Origin: Minisyncoccota bacterium
Lineage (GTDB): Bacteria; Patescibacteriota; Minisyncoccia; Phycocordibacterales; UBA2100
Assembly: GCA_031291875.1 (NCBI GenBank)
Contig: JARLIE010000183.1
Location: 129,356-193,355 of the forward strand
Reading direction: 5' to 3'
DNA length: 64,000 nt
In this document: positions 17,818-27,021 of the stretch, in pieces
Position numbering within the stretch: position 1 is the stretch's first letter
Layout of the letters: each line of letters begins with the position of its first letter
The notes under the pieces: generated by a model
What the model was told of the DNA's origin: nothing
Seen by the model: only the letters and a program-made list of their open reading frames with translations
The model's database searches: none
Program-made: the position numbers and the translations under genes

Positions 17818-18837
17818 ATGGCTTCCACTACCGCAAAGGCGTCCCCCAAGGGACGCAAGAAAATCATCGTTATCGGCGGCGGCACGGGCACATTTACCGT
17901 GCTCACCGGGCTCAAAAAATACCCGGTGGATCTCACCGCAATCGTCGCGATGTCGGACAGCGGCGGCTCGACCGGCATGCTGCGCGACGAGCTCGGTGTC
18001 CTGCCCCCCGGCGATGTTGTTCGCTGCCTCATCGCGCTCTCCCGGCAGGATGTCTTGATGCGCGCGCTCATGGAGTACCGTTTCGAAGGCGGCAAACTCA
18101 AGGGACACCGCTTCGGCAACTTGCTGCTCTCGGCGCTCGAGAAAACGACCGGTTCGTTCGATACAGCGGTAGAAAAAGCGAGCGACATTTTGCGCACTAA
18201 CGGCCGCGTCATTCCCTCGACCCTCAACAACGTGCATCTCATGGCCAAGGTGGGCTCGCGCACGATTCGTGGCGAGGAAAAAATTCAGAACTCGATCCTC
18301 AATGGATCGCTCAAGCGCCTGTGGCTCGAGCCGAGCGCGCGCGCCAACAAAAAAGCGATCGACGCGATCAAGGAGGCCGATCTCATCGTGCTCGGTCCGG
18401 GAAATTTGTACGCGAGCATCGTTCCCAACTTGCTCGCGAGCGGCATGTCGGAAGCGATCCGCAAAAGCAAAGCGACCAAAGTTTTTATCTGCAACCTCAT
18501 GACCAAAATCGAACACACCGAGGGCTGGAGCGTCGCCGATTACACCGCGGCAATCGAACGCTACCTCGGCGGCCCCGTCGATATCGTCGTATACAACAAC
18601 AAAACGCCCGACGAATCAATCCTCAAAAAATACGCGCGCGAAGGAGATACGCTCACGCCGTGGGATGAATTGCCGGAAGGACGCGAATCGTTCGGCGCCA
18701 ATTTGATGTCGCGCCACTCGCACGTCACCAACAAAATCGGCACGCCTTCCCGCGAAAGCTCGCTCGTGCGCCATGACGCCGGCAAGCTCGCGTCGATCCT
18801 CATGCGCATCGTCGAAACGAAAAAGAAGCGCACCTAG
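17818..18837 (+). CDS. YvcK/CofD-like gluconeogenesis factor (UPF0052)
   Basis: IIVIGGGTGTFTVLTGLKKY...IVAMSDSGGSTGMLRDELGVLPPGD. Confidence 0.88.
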   Translation: MASTTAKASPKGRKKIIVIGGGTGTFTVLTGLKKYPVDLTAIVAMSDSGGSTGMLRDELGVLPPGDVVRCLIALSRQDVLMRALMEYRFEGGKLKGHRFGNLLLSALEKTTGSFDTAVEKASDILRTNGRVIPSTLNNVHLMAKVGSRTIRGEEKIQNSILNGSLKRLWLEPSARANKKAIDAIKEADLIVLGPGNLYASIVPNLLASGMSEAIRKSKATKVFICNLMTKIEHTEGWSVADYTAAIERYLGGPVDIVVYNNKTPDESILKKYAREGDTLTPWDELPEGRESFGANLMSRHSHVTNKIGTPSRESSLVRHDAGKLASILMRIVETKKKRT

Positions 18838-18883
18838 GCGCTTGCGGGCTTCGAGTCGCGTGCTACGATAGCCGAACAACTGA

Positions 18884-18981
18884 ATATCGTATCAAGAGTG
18901 CGGCGAGAGAACTGGCTCTACGACCCGCCGGCAACCTATCGAGAAGATGTGGTGCCTCCAGCCGAAAGGGGCGATACTTTT
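18884..18981 (+). promoter_or_regulatory. SAM riboswitch (SAM-I/S-box clan) in metK leader
   Basis: Core AUCAAGAGUGCGGCGAGAGAACUGGCUCUACGACCCGCCGGCAACC matches the SAM-I consensus (UCAAGAG..GAGGGA.UGGCCC...GGCAACC). P1 is GUAUC/GAUAC; P2b loop ACUGG fits the pseudoknot; P3 and P4 hairpins are present. Confidence 0.7.
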
Positions 18982-18989
18982 ATCAACTA

Positions 18990-19016
18990 ATCTCCCTTTC
19001 GGGAGATATTTTTGTT
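18990..19016 (+). terminator. Rho-independent terminator (ATCTCCC-tttc-GGGAGAT followed by ATTTTTGTT); expression platform of the SAM riboswitch
   Basis: Hairpin plus U-tract ends 7 nt before the metK ATG. Confidence 0.75.
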
Positions 19017-19022
19017 GCCGTC

Positions 19023-20075
19023 ATGTTCCAACTACTCAAGCGTTATACGACAGAAAGCGTTACCAGCGGCCACCCGGACAAAGTCTGCGACCAGATCTCG
19101 GACGCGATTTTGGATTATTGCCTCTCGCAGGATCCGGGATCACGGGTCGCCGTCGAAACGTTCGGCTCGCACGGCACACTCATGATCGGCGGTGAAATTA
19201 AAACCGGCGCGGACGTCAACGCCGAGGAAATCGCCCGCAAAGTGTACAGCGATATCGGCTACCAAGAAGATCTTGAAGTGCTCGTAAAGATCGCAAGACA
19301 ATCTCCGGACATCGCGCAGGGCGTCGACACCGGTGGCGCCGGCGATCAGGGCATCATGTACGGCTACGCAACCGACGAGACGAAAGAGATGCTTCCGCTT
19401 GGTGTCGTGCTTTCGCACGCGCTTGCCCGCAAGCTCGAAGAGGTTCGTCGCTCGATGGAACTCTCCTGGATCCGTCCCGACGGCAAGACGCAGGTCACCA
19501 TTGAAGACGGCAAAGTACCGACCGCGCTTATTTCCACGCAGCACTCAGAAGAAACTGCGCAGGAAGAAATTCGCGAAGGACTTCTTAAGTATGTGTTCGA
19601 ACCGATTCTCGGCGACATTTCGGGCATCGAGGTCCTCGTCAATCCGACCGGCAAATTTACGATCGGTGGCTTCGCGGCCGACGCGGGACTCACCGGTCGC
19701 AAGATCATGGTAGACACGTACGGCGGCCTGATTCCGCACGGTGGTGGCGCCTTCTCGGGGAAAGATGCCACGAAGGTCGACCGTAGCGCGGCCTACATGT
19801 GCCGTTTCGCGGCCAAAAACTTGGTTGCAAATGGCTATGCAAAAAAGGCACTCGTTTCCGTCGCCTATGCGATCGGTCGCGCAGAACCAGTCATGGTCGC
19901 CGCGTACGACGACAACGGTAAGGACCTCTCTGAGATCGTCCAGAAAAACTTCGACTTCAAGCCGCGCGCCATCATCGAGCGCCTCGGTCTCACGAAGCCG
20001 ATCTTCCAGCCAACAGCCGCCTACGGTCACTTCGGTGTCGAGGGACGTCCGTGGGAGAGCGTCGTAAAGATTTAA
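19023..20075 (+). CDS. metK: S-adenosylmethionine synthetase
   Basis: ESVTSGHPDKVCDQISDAILD, GGAGDQGIMYGYA, DTYGG, GGGAFSGKD. Confidence 0.95.
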   Translation: MFQLLKRYTTESVTSGHPDKVCDQISDAILDYCLSQDPGSRVAVETFGSHGTLMIGGEIKTGADVNAEEIARKVYSDIGYQEDLEVLVKIARQSPDIAQGVDTGGAGDQGIMYGYATDETKEMLPLGVVLSHALARKLEEVRRSMELSWIRPDGKTQVTIEDGKVPTALISTQHSEETAQEEIREGLLKYVFEPILGDISGIEVLVNPTGKFTIGGFAADAGLTGRKIMVDTYGGLIPHGGGAFSGKDATKVDRSAAYMCRFAAKNLVANGYAKKALVSVAYAIGRAEPVMVAAYDDNGKDLSEIVQKNFDFKPRAIIERLGLTKPIFQPTAAYGHFGVEGRPWESVVKI

Positions 20076-20093
20076 GAGTAGTCTTGAGGTTGT

Positions 20094-20127
20094 AAAAGTC
20101 CCGAAATTTCTCGGGACTTTTGTTATT
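20094..20127. terminator. Bidirectional intrinsic terminator (AAAAGTCCCGA-aatttc-TCGGGACTTTT) between convergent metK and glmS
   Basis: 11-bp stem with A-tract/U-tract arms; lies between stops at 20075 and 20123. Confidence 0.8.
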
Positions 20128-21949
20128 CAACGGTCACCGACTTCGCGAGATTACGCGGACGATCGACGTTGTAGCCTTTCTCTTTCGCAAAGTAGTAGGC
20201 AAAGAGTTGCAGCGGCACGACATTGAGAATCGGCGAGAGCATCTCGATCGTTTTGGGAACATAGATGACGTCGTCCGCCGCTTTCGCGATCTCATGGTTA
20301 CCCTCGGTTGCGAGCGCAATCACCGGGCCTTTGCGCGCCTTGATCTCCTGAATGTTTGAGGCGACTTTTTCGTAGACCGAGTCGCTGGTTGCGATCGCCA
20401 TCGTCGGGAAATGTTCGTCGATCATCGCGAGCGGTCCGTGTTTCATCTCCCCCGCGCCGCAACCTTCCGCATGAATGTAGGAAATTTCTTTGAGCTTCAA
20501 CGCACCCTCGAAGGCGATCGAGTAATTGTATTTGCGGCCAATATAGAGAAAGTCGCGCGCCTTTGCGTATTTCTTGGCAAGTCTTTCGATTTCAGTTCGG
20601 CGCTCCAAAATGCTTCTGATTTTATCGGGAATCGCCTGCAGCTCGCGCGCGATCTCCTGTCCGGTCTCGATACTCATCCTGCGCTGGCGTCCGAGAAAGA
20701 TTGTAAGTAGCGAAAGCGCAGTGAGCTGCGAAACGAGCGCTTTGGTGGAGGCGACGCCAATCTCGGGGCCCGCGTGGTTGTAGACGCCGGCGTCAGTTTC
20801 GCGCGCAATCGTCGAGCCGACAGTATTCACGATGCTGAGCGTGAGCGCGCCACGGCGCTTGCCTTCGCGAATCGCCTCGAGTGTATCGAGTGTCTCGCCG
20901 GATTGGGAAACCGCGAGCAGCATCGTCTTGGGATTCAAAACAGGGTGACGGTAGCGAAACTCCGAACCGAGTTCGACCTCGACCGGAATTCCCGCGTGCT
21001 CTTCGAGCATGTACTCGCCCGTGAGGCCGGCATAGTAGGCCGTGCCGCATCCGACGATAATCATGCGTTCAGCTTTTTTGATTTCATCCGCGACGCCCTC
21101 AAGGCCGCCGAGCTTGGCGAGTCCTTCCTTTTCGAGCAGACGCCCGCGTAGCGTGTTCTCCACGACTTCGGGACCCTCCATGATCTCTTTGAGCATGAAA
21201 TGTTGGTAGCCGCCGCGCTGCGCCGCTTCGACGTTCCAATCGATCTTCTCAGCCTTGCGCTCGATGCGCCCGCCGTCGAGCTTGAAAATATCGTGCTTGG
21301 TGGGTGTGATAACCGCGATTTCGCCGTCTTCCAAAAAGACGACCTGGCTCGTGTGCTTCAAAATCGGCGAGGCGTCGGAGGCGATGAAGCGTTCGTTTTC
21401 GCCGAGGCCAAGCACGACGGGAGATCCCATGCGTGCCGCAATAACCTTTTCCGGCTCAAGCGCATACGCAATCGCGAGGCCGTAGGTACCCTTCACTTCC
21501 CGCAAGGCGGCGAGTGCCGCCCTTTCAAAATCTTTTTCGACCTTCAAGTGTTCTTCGATCAAGTGTGCCAAGACCTCCGTGTCGGTCGCCGAAAGAAACG
21601 TATGACCAAGCTCAGTGAGTTTCTCGCGCAATTCTTTATAGTTTTCAACGATGCCGTTGTGCGCAAGCCAAATGTTACCGCTGCAATCTTTGTGCGGGTG
21701 CGCATTGATTTCCGTCGGCTCACCGTGCGTCGCCCAACGGATGTGCGCGATACCGCTTTTGCCAAAATAGCCCGCCGGCAATTTGCGGCGCAGCTGGGAG
21801 ACAGCTCCTGTCGATTTCACGATTCCTGATTCCGGCAGATATATGCCTGCCGAGTCGTACCCGCGATACTCTAGCGAGGAGAGTCCGTCGAGCAGCACTT
21901 CGCCCGCGTTCTTTCCGTTATTTCCGGTGTACGCGAAAATACCGCACAT
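20123..21949 (-). CDS. glmS: Glutamine--fructose-6-phosphate aminotransferase
   Basis: MCGIFAY N-terminal nucleophile, two SIS domains, C-terminal ...NLAKSVTVE. Confidence 0.96.
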   Translation of the reverse strand: MCGIFAYTGNNGKNAGEVLLDGLSSLEYRGYDSAGIYLPESGIVKSTGAVSQLRRKLPAGYFGKSGIAHIRWATHGEPTEINAHPHKDCSGNIWLAHNGIVENYKELREKLTELGHTFLSATDTEVLAHLIEEHLKVEKDFERAALAALREVKGTYGLAIAYALEPEKVIAARMGSPVVLGLGENERFIASDASPILKHTSQVVFLEDGEIAVITPTKHDIFKLDGGRIERKAEKIDWNVEAAQRGGYQHFMLKEIMEGPEVVENTLRGRLLEKEGLAKLGGLEGVADEIKKAERMIIVGCGTAYYAGLTGEYMLEEHAGIPVEVELGSEFRYRHPVLNPKTMLLAVSQSGETLDTLEAIREGKRRGALTLSIVNTVGSTIARETDAGVYNHAGPEIGVASTKALVSQLTALSLLTIFLGRQRRMSIETGQEIARELQAIPDKIRSILERRTEIERLAKKYAKARDFLYIGRKYNYSIAFEGALKLKEISYIHAEGCGAGEMKHGPLAMIDEHFPTMAIATSDSVYEKVASNIQEIKARKGPVIALATEGNHEIAKAADDVIYVPKTIEMLSPILNVVPLQLFAYYFAKEKGYNVDRPRNLAKSVTVE

Positions 21950-21972
21950 AATCGCACTCTAGCACATGCGTT

Positions 21973-22956
21973 TCAGGAAGAAAAAACTTCATCTGCAATC
22001 GCCGCTCTAAACCCGTTAATTGCGCTCGAATCTGCGGGCCGGTGCGGATAGGTTCGATTTGAAAGAATCACGAGTCCCATGCCCTTTTGCGTATCGATAA
22101 CGACGGAGGTGCCCGTAAAGCCCGTTTTGCCGAACGCATTTTGCGTCGCATTTGAGCCAAAAAGATCACCTTCTCGCTGCCAGCCAAGGCCCTCTTGCGC
22201 TAGATGCACGATTGCCGGAAAACGACCATCTAAGAGTGCATGCGTGAAACTCAGCAAATCGGGCGCGGTCGAAAAAACTCCCGCATGTCCGACCGCGCGG
22301 CGGCGCAACGCGAACATTCGGGCGCTTTCGTCGTGCACGATACCCAGCAGCTCTTGCCCCTCAACGATTTCGGTAGGTGCGATGCGCGGATCATTTACCA
22401 TTAAGGCGGAGAAAAAACTCGTGTCGTTCATCTGCAGCGGCCCAAAAAGATAGCGGTGCGCGAGCGCCGGCAGAATAGTGCCACCGGCACGCTCGAGAAC
22501 GAGACCGAGTATGAACGCCGGCACGTTGGAGTATTCGGGTGTAGCCGCAGGCCCGTCGAAGCCTTGCTCAAGAATATGCGTGCGGAGCTGTTCGAAGGTC
22601 CGATACTGCTTGGCAAGTTCCGCCATTCGCGGCCCGCGAACTCGATAGCGCAATAGATCTTCGATCGTCGAGGCATGATCATTGTGCAACTCGGGTACAA
22701 AGCGCGTCACGCGATCATCCAGCCGCAACTTCCCTTCTTCCAGTAAGAGCGCTGCAAGCGAAGCAACGGGGATCGACTTCGTGACCGACGCAAGATCATA
22801 GAGAGTATCCTCGCGCACTTTCTGATCGCTTGCGTACCAAAGCGATCCGTAGGGATATACTTCGCGCTCACCGCTTGCCCGCACGACACCGATCACGCAG
22901 CCGGGAAAAACTTCCTCTTCTATGGCTCGCTGCGCGATGTCGGCAATCTTAGGCAT
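21973..22956 (-). CDS. Serine hydrolase of the beta-lactamase/D-Ala-D-Ala carboxypeptidase fold
   Basis: SVTKS (S-x-x-K) motif; start at the internal Met MPKIAD. Confidence 0.75.
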   Translation of the reverse strand: MPKIADIAQRAIEEEVFPGCVIGVVRASGEREVYPYGSLWYASDQKVREDTLYDLASVTKSIPVASLAALLLEEGKLRLDDRVTRFVPELHNDHASTIEDLLRYRVRGPRMAELAKQYRTFEQLRTHILEQGFDGPAATPEYSNVPAFILGLVLERAGGTILPALAHRYLFGPLQMNDTSFFSALMVNDPRIAPTEIVEGQELLGIVHDESARMFALRRRAVGHAGVFSTAPDLLSFTHALLDGRFPAIVHLAQEGLGWQREGDLFGSNATQNAFGKTGFTGTSVVIDTQKGMGLVILSNRTYPHRPADSSAINGFRAAIADEVFSS

Positions 22957-23203
22957 CAAGATGTTTACTTGATCTGCCGCGCAAGCGGCGTATTCGATAG
23001 TATGACTGCCACCAACATACCGAGATCCGCAGACTCTCGAAGAAGACCTTGTTCCCAATTTCCGTAGCGCGTTTTCGTAGGATCAAAAAGCAACCGCTTT
23101 AGCATCCTTCGGATTCTAGCATGCGAGTGTTATTGAACGACGAGTCGATACGATTTCGTTCCATAATATCGTTAGCGTCCGGAAAAAAGACCTAAAAGCG
23201 TTT

Positions 23204-23815
23204 CTAGGATTGCCCGACCAGCTTCGTAAAGACAACCAGCCGCTCGTTGTAGGTATCCTGCCCGTGCACCCAGGTGCCGTCGCAGGTGATGAGGTTGAGA
23301 CGTGCAGAGTCGTTTTGGTTGAAGATGAGATCGGTCGGGACGCTTTTGTAGGGATAGATTTCGACATCCGAAACGACGAAATGCAGCATGGTTCCATTGA
23401 TCGCTTTTATATAAACATCGTCGCCAACCTGGATCTGATCGAGGTGAATAAAGACGCCCGCAAGGCCCAGGCCGTTGTCGACATGGCCGTCGATGACTGC
23501 GCTTCCCGTGTAGCCGGGCACGGCGCCGTATTTGTACCAACCGACATCGACGAAATTATCCGGCGCCTGCATATTGCCGATCGAGTTGATGCCGAGATCC
23601 TGCACGTGCGCATCGATGGAGAGCGCGGGAATGATGAGGCGCGAAGGATACTCGCCCGGGGCAACACTGAGCGCGGGAGAACTGCTCGCAATAGATGCCG
23701 GCACCGGGCCGGTGGTTTCCGGCGCATACCAAAGCGCATGTATCAGGGTATACGCAAATACGCAAAATGCCCCGATCGCTACGATCCCAAGTACGATCGT
23801 GGTGATGCGTCGCAT
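23204..23815 (-). CDS. Sortase-family transpeptidase
   Basis: N-terminal TM anchor, LIIPALSIDAHV, catalytic His in AVIDGHVD, LNLITCDG (TLxTC) Cys. Confidence 0.85.
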   Translation of the reverse strand: MRRITTIVLGIVAIGAFCVFAYTLIHALWYAPETTGPVPASIASSSPALSVAPGEYPSRLIIPALSIDAHVQDLGINSIGNMQAPDNFVDVGWYKYGAVPGYTGSAVIDGHVDNGLGLAGVFIHLDQIQVGDDVYIKAINGTMLHFVVSDVEIYPYKSVPTDLIFNQNDSARLNLITCDGTWVHGQDTYNERLVVFTKLVGQS

Positions 23816-24047
23816 ACGGATTTCAAATTCAAAATTGCGGAGTTTTTAACGAATGAGGGCGTGCCCTGCCTGCGGCGGGACAGGCAAGGCTTCACCCTTC
23901 CAGTTTAGGTTGTCTTGCGCTTTGCGACAAGTGCAGCGACAGTCGCAAGAATAACCGCAAGCGAAGGGTCCAGAACAGCCACAGTAGCTGAAGCGTTGCC
24001 GCCTATATTGTTCGGCAGGTCGGATGAAACAAACGTGAATGCCGCGG

Positions 24048-24671
24048 TTAGTCGAACGAAATCGGCGAATGCCGCTCAAGAAAGTCCAACGTGCCCGGGA
24101 CCATATTGAAGATCACGGGAACGGTGTAGAAAAAGAAGCTCGCGGGGATCCATACGAGCGCCGACAAAATGCCGAGTGGATAGAAAATAAGGCTTAGCCT
24201 TGCGCGGAACTGCGATTGATTCATTAGTCGATTAGAAAGACCGGCTTGCCTGAGTTCTTTGTGCTGCCAAATATACCGCGTCATCAGGGTTGAGATAAAC
24301 ACGATTACGAAGAGATTTACGCCGTAAAAGATTACGGCCAACATCGCCTCTGAATAGCTCACGGTCAATTGCATCGTGAACGGCACGAGCACAACGAACA
24401 TGAGATACACCATATTGAGCAAATTGAGTTGGCGATCGACGTCTTTTGCAAACGCATGGAAAATAAAATGGTGGTTGATCCAGATGACCGCGAGTACCAG
24501 GAAGCTCACCATGTAGAGTAAAACGACGGGCCACAACGACGCGAAGATTCCCGCTACCACCTCGTTGGTCGCCGGCCCCGTCAGGTTCGGTATTTTGATC
24601 TCAAACACGAGCAACGTCATGACAATGGCGAAAATGCCGTCGCTAAACGCTTCAATGCGGCTCTTGTTCAT
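24048..24671 (-). CDS. TMEM175-family (DUF1211) potassium-channel homologue
   Basis: Signature RIEAFSDGIFAIVMTLLVFEI plus 6 TM segments; start at MNKSR. Confidence 0.8.
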   Translation of the reverse strand: MNKSRIEAFSDGIFAIVMTLLVFEIKIPNLTGPATNEVVAGIFASLWPVVLLYMVSFLVLAVIWINHHFIFHAFAKDVDRQLNLLNMVYLMFVVLVPFTMQLTVSYSEAMLAVIFYGVNLFVIVFISTLMTRYIWQHKELRQAGLSNRLMNQSQFRARLSLIFYPLGILSALVWIPASFFFYTVPVIFNMVPGTLDFLERHSPISFD

Positions 24672-24687
24672 GTGCATGAACAACAGT

Positions 24688-24918
24688 TTACTTCATCTTC
24701 ACGCCTTTGAAAGCACGCCCCTTTTTGGCCATCTGATCGATGAATTTGCCGGATTTACTATCGACTTTGGTCCAACGCTTGTTGCGAGGACTGAGCACTT
24801 GGGTGCGAGCCTTTACTGTGCCGCTACGACCACCTCCTTTGGGACCGTTCGTTGCCATGGCACAATTGTAGCTCGCTGCACGGAAAGCAACGTAAGTATC
24901 CACACGCCCGCGCGTCAC
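24688..24918 (-). CDS. Small very basic hypothetical protein (possibly ribosomal-like)
   Basis: Lys/Arg-rich; stops 4 nt upstream of the TMEM175 start; no confident family assignment. Confidence 0.3.
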   Translation of the reverse strand: MTRGRVDTYVAFRAASYNCAMATNGPKGGGRSGTVKARTQVLSPRNKRWTKVDSKSGKFIDQMAKKGRAFKGVKMK

Positions 24919-24943
24919 GCGTACGTACCACCTCTATGGCTCT

Positions 24944-25771
24944 ATGGCAAAACAGATAAAAGTCGGCGTCGCGCTCAGCGGCGGATCCGCCTGGGGCGTC
25001 GCACACGTCGGCGCGCTCACAGCGCTTCATAACCACAACATCCCCATCGATTGCATCGCCGGGACAAGCGCCGGAGCCGTTGCGGCGGCGCCGTTTGCCT
25101 TTGGGGTTCCTATCGAAAAAATCCAGGAGGCGTCGAAGAAATTGGAATGGGGACAGATTTCGCGATTCGCCTATTCGCGCCTGGGGGTGCGATCCAACGC
25201 GGCACTCGCCACGATCCTGCGCGAGCTGCTCGGCGACGTGAACATCGAAGACGCGAAGCTCCCGCTTGCGATCGTCGCAACCGACATCGAGCGCGGCGAA
25301 GAAAAAATATTCAGGAGCGGCAATGTCGCGCTCGCAGTGTGTGCCTCAAGCGCGATCCCCGGCTATTTCGCGCCCGTCGAGATCGACGGCACGCTCTATG
25401 TCGACGGTGCCGTTACGGAGAACCTTCCCATTTCGGCGCTTCGAGACATGGGAGCAACGTTCTATATCGGTGTCGATCTCGCGGGCAAAATGTCGCACGC
25501 GCGACCCCGCAATCTTGGCGAGGTCGTTACACGCTCGCTCGATGTACTCTCGCGCTCTCGCGATCGCGAGGTGCACAAGCTCGTCGATGTGCTGATCGAG
25601 CCGGATATGAGTGCCTACGATCATCGTGCCTTCGACGAAGCCGAAGCCATGTACCGCGAAGGGTTTGCCGCGGCGGAAGCCGCGATCCCCGCCATTACGA
25701 CAGCGCTCGCGCTCAAGCGAGCCGAAGGAACAGGCTTTTGGAATCGCTTCCGAGCGCTTATTACCTCTTGA
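24944..25771 (+). CDS. Patatin-like phospholipase
   Basis: GGSAWG oxyanion box, GTSAG (GxSxG), DGA motif in YVDGAV. Confidence 0.88.
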   Translation: MAKQIKVGVALSGGSAWGVAHVGALTALHNHNIPIDCIAGTSAGAVAAAPFAFGVPIEKIQEASKKLEWGQISRFAYSRLGVRSNAALATILRELLGDVNIEDAKLPLAIVATDIERGEEKIFRSGNVALAVCASSAIPGYFAPVEIDGTLYVDGAVTENLPISALRDMGATFYIGVDLAGKMSHARPRNLGEVVTRSLDVLSRSRDREVHKLVDVLIEPDMSAYDHRAFDEAEAMYREGFAAAEAAIPAITTALALKRAEGTGFWNRFRALITS

Positions 25772-26015
25772 TCTGAGCGAATGCGCCTTGCAGCGCCGCG
25801 GCGATCTTGTCGAGTCCGGGAATAACGCCAGCGATGGAAAGCGCCCATCCGATGATGAGCACGGCGAGCAGTGAGCCGATAATCCATCCCGCACCATAGA
25901 GCATACCGTGCACGATCCACCACTTGGCGGAGGTATTGCTTTCGATATTGCGGAGCTCTCGCTTGATCTCGCGTAGCTGCCGCACTTCCGGATTTTCGCT
26001 CTCGGGTTTGGCCAT
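25761..26015 (-). CDS. Small membrane protein (hypothetical)
   Basis: Charged N-terminus plus two hydrophobic helices (WWIVHGMLYGAGWIIGSLLAVLIIGWALSIAGVIPG). Confidence 0.5.
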   Translation of the reverse strand: MAKPESENPEVRQLREIKRELRNIESNTSAKWWIVHGMLYGAGWIIGSLLAVLIIGWALSIAGVIPGLDKIAAALQGAFAQIKR

Positions 26016-26021
26016 ACTGTA

Positions 26022-26159
26022 TTAGTGTGCCATCCCGACCAGTGCCTGCAAGAAACTCAAAAGCAGTTCAAGGCAGCTCACTATGAAATTCACGAGCAAC
26101 GTCGCAAACTGCAGCAGATAACTTAAAAGAAGGGTCAGAAAGTTGGTTATCGGATCCAT
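26022..26159 (-). CDS. 45-aa hydrophobic Leu-rich peptide (MDPITNFLTLLLSYLLQFATLLVNFIVSCLELLLSFLQALVGMAH), not in the ORF track
   Basis: ATG to TAA, 6 nt upstream of the 84-aa membrane-protein gene. The overlapping listed ORF 26068..26373 is judged spurious. Confidence 0.35.
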   Translation of the reverse strand: MDPITNFLTLLLSYLLQFATLLVNFIVSCLELLLSFLQALVGMAH

Positions 26160-26198
26160 ACGTAAATTCTAGCACCTCAAAGTATGAAGACTCGGTGA

Positions 26199-26489
26199 CT
26201 ACTGCAGCTGCTGTACCTGTTGCATGATCTCGCGCTCGATACGACCTTCGAAGAGGCGCAGCATCAAGGGCAGCTTCGCGTCGATAACGAAATTCTTGTC
26301 TTCGACTTTGAGCGTACCGCTGATGCGCTGCGATTGCGCGGTCACGTCGAAGTGGAGCGTATCGACGTCCCAACGCTCTTCGTGGATGGTCGCTTGATCG
26401 CCCATTTTCGCGCGCATCTCGTCGAGACCGTGCTTTACCCTAACCAAGGCTTCCTGTTTATTCGTTTTGTGTGGGATTTCCAAGTGCAT
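26199..26489 (-). CDS. Polyhydroxyalkanoic-acid-system family protein (PHA_gran_rgn-like)
   Basis: MHLEIPHKTNKQEALVRVKHGLDEMRAKMGDQATIHEERWDVDTLHFDV... resembles the TIGR02610 pattern; start at Met7 because a terminator hairpin occupies 26514-26538. Confidence 0.5.
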   Translation of the reverse strand: MHLEIPHKTNKQEALVRVKHGLDEMRAKMGDQATIHEERWDVDTLHFDVTAQSQRISGTLKVEDKNFVIDAKLPLMLRLFEGRIEREIMQQVQQLQ

Positions 26490-26513
26490 AGAAAACGAGT
26501 GTAGCACAAAACG

Positions 26514-26538
26514 AACGCCCGGTACCAGACCGGGCGTT
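26514..26538 (-). terminator. Intrinsic terminator (10-bp stem AACGCCCGGT/ACCGGGCGTT followed by UUUUGUG on the minus strand)
   Basis: Sits 8 nt after the stop of the 137-aa gene. Confidence 0.7.
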
Positions 26539-26545
26539 TCAGCTA

Positions 26546-26959
26546 TCAGCGCAGCTTAGACAGCAGGTATATAATTCCTTGGCGGGCCTGATCAGTGGCA
26601 TATCGCTCACTGATTGAGAACAAAAACGGTGAGAAACGCAGCATGGCACTGTAGTTCTGGTCGAAGATCTGGATATCCCGCACCACTTGATTCCGGATCC
26701 CTATGACCAACGCCGCACTCGAACCTTCGAGTAAATACGCCGTCATCTGACCGAACGCAGTCGCGTATTCGCCGATTCCGGCCGGTGAAGCCTTCCGCAT
26801 AGCCCACCGGACGTCATCGAGCTCACTTACCAACATTGCGAATGCTTCGGATCTCCATACACCAGAAGAATCCTTGGTTTTCCGCTCCAAGGCAGATTTC
26901 TTACAGGCCAGATGATCTGTAAAGTGCCTTTCGGCAGAAACTTCGTACTTAGTAGTCAT
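26546..26959 (-). CDS. Hypothetical protein (137 aa)
   Basis: AGGAGGG Shine-Dalgarno 7 nt upstream, own terminator; no recognisable domain. Confidence 0.6.
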   Translation of the reverse strand: MTTKYEVSAERHFTDHLACKKSALERKTKDSSGVWRSEAFAMLVSELDDVRWAMRKASPAGIGEYATAFGQMTAYLLEGSSAALVIGIRNQVVRDIQIFDQNYSAMLRFSPFLFSISERYATDQARQGIIYLLSKLR

Positions 26960-27021
26960 TGCCGACCCTCCTAGTTCCTACCGAAATACTACTTCGCGCG
27001 CAAAAATACACAACACGGAAA

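Noticed and set aside
19023-20075. Apparent shortness of MetK (350 aa)
   Set aside because: All catalytic motifs are present; the length difference versus E. coli is spread over small loop deletions.
23846-24079. Cys-rich 77-aa minus-strand ORF and hairpin-rich 232-bp spacer upstream of the sortase
   Set aside because: It overlaps the TMEM175 gene end, has no SD or promoter, and its composition is consistent with chance in GC-rich DNA. The spacer hairpins are noted but not assigned.
26068-26373. Listed 101-aa minus-strand ORF
   Set aside because: Arg-rich, overlaps the PHA-family gene and the more plausible hydrophobic 45-aa peptide frame.
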